This document shows positions 54,158 to 64,000 of a stretch of DNA of 64,000 nt, piece after piece; the first letter of the stretch is position 1; the number at the start of each line of letters is the position of its first letter. The DNA comes from Trichoplax adhaerens (lineage: Eukaryota; Animalia; Placozoa). The position numbers and the translations under genes are program-made. The stretch spans positions 401,088 through 465,087 of the forward strand of contig NW_002060951.1 in assembly GCF_000150275.1 (NCBI RefSeq), written 5' to 3'. Under the pieces are notes generated by a model. That model had not been told where the DNA came from. It did not search any database and saw only the letters and a list, made by a program, of their open reading frames with translations.

Positions 54158-55856
54158 ATTGAAGAAAGGATTACTAGGTTCGGTAACTTCAGTTTCTAAT
54201 TCGTTTGCTCTGCAAAAAGAAGGAGGTAAAAGTGAAGAAAATTTAGCATGTGTTCAGAATTTTAATGATGATAAATTGACGATAAAAATAGCTCATGTTG
54301 CTGGTATTAATGAGACCTTAATTAACGTAGCTTGACCAATATTACAAATCTAATTTATATAAAAATGTAATACGGCAATTTTTTGTTTAATCAGATTTCC
54401 ATTAGATTGAGATGGAATTAGTACCGTTGTCATAATACTTAAGGTGGCATAATAAAATTATCTGCGTCAATACACCACCTTATAAAGAATGAAGATTTCA
54501 AGATTATGTCCAATAATTAAACGATTATAAGAATTTCATGGAACTGGCCATATCCAATTGTATAGCCATATAAATAGAGAAAATAACTGTCGCTATGAAA
54601 TTTCACTTTGAGTTAATTGCCTCCGATAACAATATTCCGAGTATTTGTGATTGTGAAAGAATTAAGTAAATGTTTTTGATATAAATTTAGTAAACCCACT
54701 CGCAATTGTCATTTATGGTTATCATTATTACTCTCTGTTATTAATAGTATTATCATTGTTAAAATTTTTATCAACCAATAAAATGAATATAACTTCCCTA
54801 TTTCGTCAATACAATGAGTAATATCGACTGCAACATACAAGAAGTTAGTCATGCGTTGATCTATTTTCACAGCGTAAATACTGCATCAACTGATATAGCC
54901 GGTGTGCTTTTACATACAGCATTAAAGGATTGCGAGGTAATCAATTAAGTTAAATAGAAAAGGTAGACTACAGTAAATAGCTCTATTACTGTTTCATTGG
55001 ATCGTGACTAAAACAATTATTTCTTCGAGATCGTGACGATTTGATGATCTAGTGTTAATGGTACAGATGTTGTACGATGATGCTAAGTGTTTCTTAATTG
55101 ATGACTCAGATCACGTTTAGACATTTAATGCTAAATTGATGAGTAACCTACGAGTCATAAATTAACGATCATCGTTAGTGAATTTCAGGTCAAGCATGAT
55201 CATTAGTATGATTCGAAAATGAAAGTTACCATTCATCTTGTTATTAATATTGTTGGGACTGTCGATAAATTGTGTCCTTTTTAGGTCTGATGGAAAATAA
55301 AATACTTGAGCAGATAGTTACTATTAACCTAATAAAATGTAGGAACGCATCGTTTCTTATGGAAAATTTATCTACTCTAAGGCTTTACTAGCTACAGTTG
55401 CCAAGCTTTTATTCATGTAGACCACAATCGATCGATATACGCGTATCTTAATACTGTAATAAGATTATGCAATATAAGCGTTGTAGAATCATATCTAATA
55501 ACTTATTCATTGCATATTGACCACTTTTTATGTCAGTTAATGGTTAAATCAGCTTGTACTATTGTACTATTTGTCTGCCAATCAATACAGAATACTAAAA
55601 ATGATCTGTGTTGAATGTGTGACATCTAAGATAAATAGTAACGTTACATTTTAGGATAGTTAGGTTGTATAAGATACTGTATGCAATTGGATTGATTTTA
55701 TACTTTATAAATAATTGATGAAGTTATGAAATTTCAGTAAAGTTATATGTTATGATGATAGAGAGTAAGAGAAAGAAAGAATGACATAATTTACCATTAT
55801 GGAAGAAGTGAGACTGATTTTCCATTACTTTCAATAAAATTAAATTCGGTATAAGA

Positions 55857-56072
55857 GACAAAATATACTTGAATATAAGAGTGATGAAGTAGGATGGGAG
55901 TAATGGAACATATCTATATCGTAGAAATAATGAATAAATTAAAAAAGAGTATGTGAAACTGATTTGCTGTTATGGCACTCTTGATAGAATTCGATTTGTT
56001 TCAGGGACAAAATATACTTGAATGTAAGAGTGATGGAACATAGCTATACCAAAGAAATAACTAATACATTAA
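55857..56072. repeat. Short imperfect direct duplication
   Basis: gacaaaatatacttgaat(a/g)taagagtgatg...ggaacata at 55857 and 56006. Confidence 0.8.
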
Positions 56073-57170
56073 CGATTATTTAACTCCGTCATACTTTATT
56101 TAATTTTGACAACATGATATAAAATTGAGGATGTTGAGCTAACCTGGCAAATTGAATGACTTTCTTACTTAGTAATATTAATATTACAGTATGAAAACCC
56201 TCATTTGGCTGGTTGGTAACATCTATCGTAATTCTATGACAGCAGTTTACCTTTTTACTGTTGATTGCTTATTGGCCGGGATGTTAAATTGATACGGCGA
56301 ATTCGATCAATCTGAGTTTTGTTTATTACCACGAAGAATGAATCAGAGTCAAATCAGTTCCCATTTTTATTTGCATGCCAGATTCTGCACTAGATAATCG
56401 CAGTATATCGAGAAGATATGGTTTCTTTTTACGGGTAAGTTCGGAATGTATGACCTAAAGATATTATCCGTTTAGATAATTTTGACTAGCGCACCATTTT
56501 AGCAAATTCTTTATCAACCTGTGACTGATGTCAATAGAGCATAACTACAGAAGTAGATCTATCCACAGAAATCTTTTACAACACGAAAAACAATACTATG
56601 GTCTGATCAATGCCACACAGTCACATAAACAACGCTTCTTTGTTGTTTTTTCTATAAATTTATCCACCGTGTAAATCGTTTATTGTTTACTTTAGATTGT
56701 TGTATTCCATTATGTCTTACTGATCAAGCAAAGGTTATAACAGGGCTGCAAAAGAATTAATCTAATTTAGCAAATTAAGCATATTGGATTTTATGTATTA
56801 TCCAATAACAGTCGAACTGTTGAAGTCATCTCAAATATCGATATGGTCCACTGTAGCTAGTTCTATGATCGAGTAGTAATTATGCTGCAATGCTACCGAT
56901 AGTAGACTTCACTTTTCTCTCTAGTCATCGCCATTACTTTTTCCCCCACTTTTCTCCTATTAATTGCAATTAATTAATTATAGGCTATCATATTTTCATA
57001 ATAACATTTCAGAAAGAAATCAAACTAGTTGGAGGTCTGGTAGTCTATGTTATTTTGAAAAATAAAATTGTGCAGTTTCGTTCAATGTGCACTATGTAAT
57101 CTCAGTTGGAATTTTTTCAATGATTTCCCTTTCTATCCTTCTCTTTTACTTTAGTCAAGTAGACTTATCC

Positions 57171-57474
57171 ATTCACAGTATTCATAAATATCAGAACTGC
57201 AGTAGTGAGCATCATTTTTTATTTTTAATGAGAAGATCAAACGTTGCTATAATATACAGATTAATGTTGCTTACTCAAATTGGATATTTTTGAATACATT
57301 GTAAAGTATAATCTACTAAACAATAGCTATTCATATATTCACAGTATTCATATATAACAGAACTGCTGTAGTGAGATATTATTTATTATTTTTAATGAGA
57401 AGATCAAATGTTGCTTGCTCAAATTAGATATTTTAGAATACATTGTAAAGTATAATCTACTAAACAATAGCTAT
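57171..57474. repeat. Tandem duplication (period ~166 bp)
   Basis: attcacagtattcata...gaatacattgtaaagtataatctactaaacaatagctat starting at 57171 and 57337; the second copy has an internal deletion. Confidence 0.9.
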
Positions 57475-60400
57475 GATCTGTTTCTTAGGAAATAATAACA
57501 TCGCGTAAATACGGTCTGGTGAATAAATAGTTTATCAAATTAAATCTAGGTTGCTTCTATTGTTGTAATGCCATCATGGTACTTATGATTGGGTAATGGA
57601 GGCCGCGATTACAGAATGAGTGAAGACGTAGGATAGATGATGGATAATAATCTAAAATATCGAATCTAAATAAGATTCAGAACTTTAATTTGATTGATGG
57701 CTTGTGGCACAATAATTATGACATTCTTACATATATTGTATACTGTTACTAACTTAGCCGACGCACTGCTTAATTTGCATTGATTAATGACAATAAAAGG
57801 TACAGAGTGCAAACAAAAATAAATTTGGATATACGTACAGACACGAATATATACTTATAATAAATATATCTGGAGGTTACTGTACTGTCAATCATCGTTA
57901 TTTCTTTTAATTTCCATCAATTGTCAATTACCAATATAGGATAGCGATATAATCTATAAGATATCTACTATAACTAGAGAGTTTATAATAATCTCTATTA
58001 CTACGTACGTGTTGATCAAAATTGGTACAGTATATGCATTTTAAAAAATAATAAAAGCCGCACCGTAATTGCGATCAAATTATTATTTTCGACTTAGAAA
58101 CGTCATATTAATTTTATATTGAATCGAATAAAGGTAATGGGCAAGTCTCCTTCCTATTCCTTGTCTTAGTCAATCGGTTCTTCCTCTTTTATCGGAAATA
58201 TCCTGGTGATTAAAAAAGTATCTAGTCTAAACAAGATATTTAAGAGTTAGCATTTTACTTGCAGTCATAACAATAACAATTACAATAACAAAATAATAAC
58301 TTATAATCAACAACTTCATCGATTCTTCAAGTTGCAATGTGTCCAAGCTGTCGGCTAGTTAATGGATATGATAGACACATGAGTAGATTGGATAGCACTA
58401 ATCACCATCTTACGTAATAATTTACCAGGACATAAATGCGATTAAGTTATAATCTCGAATTTAACAGTTTTGATCACAGTCAATATAATTAATACTCGTT
58501 AAAAGCAATAATGCGTTAATATGACAGAAAGAGCGCAATTCTGTTTTCAATACGGACAATCGTCAAATCGCTATCATTCAAGATTATGATGTTTTGATTT
58601 TTGTAGGTCAAAGTAGGTTCATACTGAGAAAGCCATCTTTAAATCAATTTGACTATTATTAATACAATTAGTCATAGTTACTATATTGAAATTAAGTAAA
58701 TAATGCTACCATAGTATCTTGTTGACGTCTTTAGTATTGACGTCTAAACATAAAGCAAATATAGATCAATAATACATATGAATAAAGAAAGCAGTTCAAT
58801 AATTAAAATTACGTAGTCATATTGATGGATTTTATTAAAATCAGGTTGGAGTAATACCATCTTTATTGGAAAATAAAATTAATTAACGAAACTTACAAAC
58901 ATTCGACACAAACTGATTGTGACAGTGTTATATACTGTAGTAGACTAGAAATATCTATATGAGGATAATTCTGTTAGCCTTTCCTTGTTTAATTAACTTC
59001 TAATTTGGATATACTGTGTTTTGATATAGCACTGACTTTTTATGATAGTGACACATATACACATACTGAAATTAATGATTATAATAGGGAATGCAAATCA
59101 TCTACTTACAGTTCGAGTCATTGTGATTGTAACTTACTTATAGTAGATTGTAAATTATCGTGGAAATATTCCGTGATAGGACATATCGTAATCCGACTAT
59201 TCTGTATTAGTCATCAGATGTCTATGTTCGTAAATACTGTTGCCTGCATTAAGGGAGCAGTAGCTAAAATTATTATCTAATTCAGTAAATAATTCCAAAG
59301 TTAATCGTACTAACTATGACTCATGAACTATTGAGGAAGAGTATATAAATGCAGTATATCGTGTAATAAAGTGGATTCTTAAACTTAGTGTTTAATGTAA
59401 AATATGAGGCGTCTAAGTCTTTGTGTAGTCTGCTAGTAGAGCAAAAGTGTTTGTGATAGTGCAGATATCGTTCCCTGATATGTGGTTCAAGGAATTGACT
59501 TATTGATCGTATATTACGTTATCTTGTTGCAAAGCTGTTTTGTGACACTGATAATGTACAATCAATGACAATTTAGACGGAAATAATTATGTCGTGCTAA
59601 ATAAAAATAGCGATCGAATCTATATCGATATGATTAGGTAAAGTCTTCATTTCAAATAATGTATAACGTAATTACGATATTGGCATTTGTAATTGTCAAA
59701 AGCTGATAGTTAAAGCGACAAATAACTCCATGTTTCTTTCTAAAGCTATTACATAATAACCGTTAAGTTCATTCACCAGTCGACGGCAGTTATGAACTTA
59801 CTAATCAATGTAGATAGCATAGTAAAGATTAATTCTTAATTAAATTTATGTCTATATCATCCAATAGCGCTGTATTAATTCGATTAGCAATATCAGTTTC
59901 CAAGCGAATATTTATGAGATTGAAGAAAAAGGACATATTAACAATGAAAAAACAGTCAGTATCTATAGAATAGATTGATACATAATTCAAAAAATTTGAC
60001 TTAATATTCTAGTTTCCTGCTTACACTGTCTAGAATATATTCTTAATTATTTAGGAAATGATAGACACCCGAAGGCAAATTCTTTTAATGTCTTGATATA
60101 GATAATAATAACTATTTTAAGGCTATTCGTCTTTATCTCTTCTTGAATGATTTAAAAAACAAAGAAGAATTGAAGAAGATACGGTTAGAAATAAATTGAA
60201 ATTGTTTTATTGTCTTTACAAAAATTTGAAAAATAACTTTATTATATTTTGGAAATAACTTCAATCGACTATCGAAGCAATTACCCAGTCTAAAGAGAAA
60301 TGAATCAAGTTAGAACAAGACATTATTTTATGGGTTAATATGCATCATCTAAGTCTATATTAATTTCGTTAATAATGAACGAATAAACTAAAGTATACGT

Positions 60401-62933
60401 ATAGCATTATGCTTAGCGTCGAATGAAACATGACATTTTATAATTTTCTTAACTATAGTCAAATAAATAAATAAAAAAAATAAATGAAGGAAGTGCAAGA
60501 TAGTAATATGATAGATTTGACGATTAACTATACTAAAAGTCCTCCAAAATGACGACTCTGACTTTTGTCCAATTAATAAAAATAAGATAATAGCTATATC
60601 ATTGCTATAAAGCTTTAAGTCGTGATTATTGAATATTAAATACTACTATCACAGTAAGAGTCTTATGAGTTAGTCTTACCGGCATATTAGCAATGTTACT
60701 GAACATGCAACACAATTGTTACTTGATAATAGTATCTCTAGAGAATAAATTAGTTCCTTTATCTGTTAACTACTATACTTTATAAATATGATAATCAAAT
60801 TTAAAATTCAAACTGCCTTTATTTTTTAATATAAATAAAACATTCTCGATCGTGATTGCGGTAGTAGCTGGATTGTTTGTTTATTAACAAGGAAACGATG
60901 AAAATTTATTCAATTAAAGGATTATCTGAAATGTTACTAAAAATTCTACCATTATGACTCGTAATTAACTCTAAATAAAGTAGAATTAATTCATTTACAG
61001 CGATTCCTTAGGCTTAGTTGCATACTTAATAAAGTAAAAAGTATTATATTTAAGAAATGAAAAATTTTACTATAGCCTTTGCCATTACTTTTAGAATTGA
61101 AGGTAAAAATATGAGAAATAAATGATTTTACTCTAATGAAGAGCTATTCGAAAATTTTTTGCTGTAAATCAATATCGTAGCTATTTTAAGATTGATTTTA
61201 AATTATTAAAATATACATTTCTCTCCTCCGGAAAAAACAAAATATTCGAATACAGTTAGTTATAAAGCTCGATTGATAATTGTTATACGCAAAAATTATT
61301 GCAAGTAGCCTTTGTTAAAATACTTGGTGGTTTTACTGATACAAGTTAGTCTTACCCGACTTTCTTCATTTATACAGCCCCGTTATGACTAACTTGCTTA
61401 TGATTATTATACTGTACTTGAATGATTGATAGTGGCTATGGTACGGTACTGATCTGGCTGAATTAATTTAGTGTTGGCCACATGCCCATCCTATAATTCA
61501 AGTATTATCAACCATGCGGTAGTAAAATTTAAGTAACTTTATTTACTTTACTATAGTTGAACTCACTTAATTATGATAAAATGGAAAGTAGAATATAAAT
61601 TACAATTACCTTACACTTTAGGATATTTAGAATTAATAGTGGAATGATGGAAATATCCGCTGGGCAGAAATTATAATACGCATAATTATCACTTATTTTT
61701 AGGTAACTATAATCGTTACAGTAGTTTTTGATAATTAACTAAAGAACTTTTAATTGATTACATTATGTGCTGCATAGCTAATATAAATTGTCAAGTGTTA
61801 TTGAATAGCTGACATAAACTATCTCAATAGCAATTTTTCGTTTGTAGACGAACATGTACAGTAGGAAAATTAAGTCGTCTGCTTTTGCCTTCTAATACTG
61901 TTAATAAAAGACAGCAACTAAGTGATTTTCCTTATAATAGCTGCTCGAAAACAAAAGATACTACACAAACTCATCATAAAATTCGATCGATCTGTATGTA
62001 AAGCTAACTTTCAATTACTGTAGCAGATTCTTAAATATCCAAAAAATATAAATGATATCAATGTAGACTGTATTATTCCTCCATGACTGCATTTGGTATA
62101 ATTAACAAGTAAAGACACAGGTATAACTTAAAGCTCTTATTTACGATAACATTATAGAACTATTACCAGTACCGAAAATAAGCTATAATACGAAGTTTGT
62201 GGGCTAAATTTTCGGTTTTATTTGATTTTAAAACCATCTAAATTAGTTAATAACGATTGATGGATAGCATTTAAAGGAACACAATTATTCCTTGTTCGAT
62301 TCTTTAAATTCTCTAATATTTTACTTATATCTATGAAATGAAAATGGTGCACAACTTACTTTGATTCCTATTGTATTTTGCATATTTATATGTGTTAGAA
62401 AGGAGTAGCAGTATTGTTAATAACTACTTGTATGTTGAACCGTACATTGCTAGTATGATTATATTGAATTTTTAAATCACATTTCAATCGATTTAAACTA
62501 AAACAATCAGAGTATTACAGACAAAATCCGTCAAATATTGCTCGCTATAAGCGCCAGCAATAAAAATATCACTAATAACAATTTTACTAAAAGTATGACG
62601 GATACGCATCTACGCCCTTACCTTAATAAGTGATGACTTTTTGTGAATATTCTATCGGAAGTTAAAGTACTACTTCCATTCTATTTAGTGTTAGCTTATT
62701 GTACTCTTCCGTAACGATTTTTTAAAAAGCGATTTTCCATTCGAATCAAGCCTTGAGCTTTTAATTAAGAATTTTAAAAATAGAAATAAGAATTGCATAC
62801 GGTATGTACACATTATTTTGCAACTTATATTTTGGTTGTGAGTAAGCATTTAAAATGCGTATAATACCTAATAAGTGATCAAAGACAATCTACTCCGCTT
62901 ATCACCATACTATACGTAACCATTTTCATTCTA

Positions 62934-62983
62934 NNNNNNNNNNNNNNNNNNNNNNNNNNNNNNNNNNNNNNNNNNNNNNNNNN
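62934..62983. other. Assembly gap
   Basis: Run of 50 N. Confidence 0.99.
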
Positions 62984-63564
62984 TCAAAGTATAGTATACC
63001 TGTACTGTTTTTCCTTGCTGAAAGCGACAAAAACAGACAACCCCTGTTGATTACCAAGTACTGTCCTATTTACAGGTATGCTAGCAAAGAGATGGACGAT
63101 CACTAAAATTTCACTAGCCGCCTACAGAGATAGAATATTTTCGAGGGAAAATGAACGATATGCCACTATATTTTCGATAATAGTTAACCGCCAGGGACTT
63201 GCAAGAGTAGAATTTCTCTTACAAGTCTGTGGTTGTAAACTGCACGGTGGACGTTTCCAGTCATTCCATTTCAATGAAACATAACATAGTCCCTGAAAAT
63301 ACTGTACAGTAGTTTGCCTCTCTATTAATATAATTATTATTATTTTTATTGGCATTCAATAGCCATTGATAGCTATCGCCCTTCTCTTTCTTGGACAGTT
63401 TCGGTAGTCCCTTTGCCGTACTACGACTGCGTTACTTTGCAGTATGGTAATCAGGTAATGTAATGTCCAATGGTCTGTACCAGGTACGGCACCAATGTCA
63501 TATTCTATTTTTATTCATTTGTTGACACCGGCAGATGAGTCGTGGACGTCAAGTGTGCTGTGAG

Positions 63565-64000
63565 TGAGTGTACAGTGTACAGTCAGTCATCATAGAGAGA
63601 GATATTCTTCTTCAATAGGGGATTTTGTAGTATCCTTAATGACTTTAATTTACTGGTAAAAGGTATAACTATCTCCATTTTTTCAATTCAAGTCTTTGAG
63701 GATACTGTCGATTTCTCTTGTTCTACTTTATATTGGCTTTAAAATTCACTAGTCCATTTTCAAATGCAAGTCATTTGACTCTCTACTGTACTGTACAGTG
63801 TACAGTATATGGTAGCATAAGGGTTCGTTGTACTGTATAGTCTACTATTCCGTATCATGGCCATAACGTCATAACCTGCAGTCCTGTCAATACTGTACAG
63901 TGCACAGTGTACAGTACTGCGACGGTCCTCGTACTGTAAAAGATATTCTTCAATAGGGGATTTTGCAGTATCCTTAATTAATGACTTTAATTTACTCGTA
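63565..64000. repeat. TACAG/CTGTA clusters with a direct repeat running off the window
   Basis: agatattctt..caataggggattttg(t/c)agtatccttaat..gactttaatttact at about 63600 and 63941, with TACAG runs at about 63570, 63785-63810 and 63890-63940. Confidence 0.75.

Noticed and set aside
54300-63360. Short ORFs at 57087, 59005, 63078 and 63122
   Set aside because: AT-rich, no motifs or exon chains; consistent with random ORFs.

Overview
AT-rich animal genomic DNA with short spliceosomal introns. Gene content and style suggest an early-branching animal, probably a placozoan such as Trichoplax (inference, not verified). I reconstructed 11 protein-coding genes by hand: DMRT (+), OMA1 (-), CAAP1-like (+), ELAV/Hu (-), METTL4 (+), RANBP3 (+), DHCR24 (-), ANAPC16-like (+), UBE2U (-), SPICE1 (+) and an atypical class A GPCR (-). 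There is a 50-N assembly gap near the end. The main unexplained structure is a family of self-complementary (TACAG/CTGTA)n arrays that sit in all four head-to-head intergenic regions and upstream of RANBP3, but not in the long non-coding flanks of DMRT and the GPCR. Other points of interest are an apparent CUG start and two GC-AG introns in METTL4, an inverted-repeat-bounded element carrying ~89-bp tandem repeats, a long hairpin built on RFX X-box-like sites in the UBE2U/SPICE1 promoter, and DMRT-ELAV linkage like that of vertebrate 1p/9p/19p. No rRNA, tRNA, CRISPR or transposase gene was recognised. Homology calls come from remembered family motifs, not database searches.
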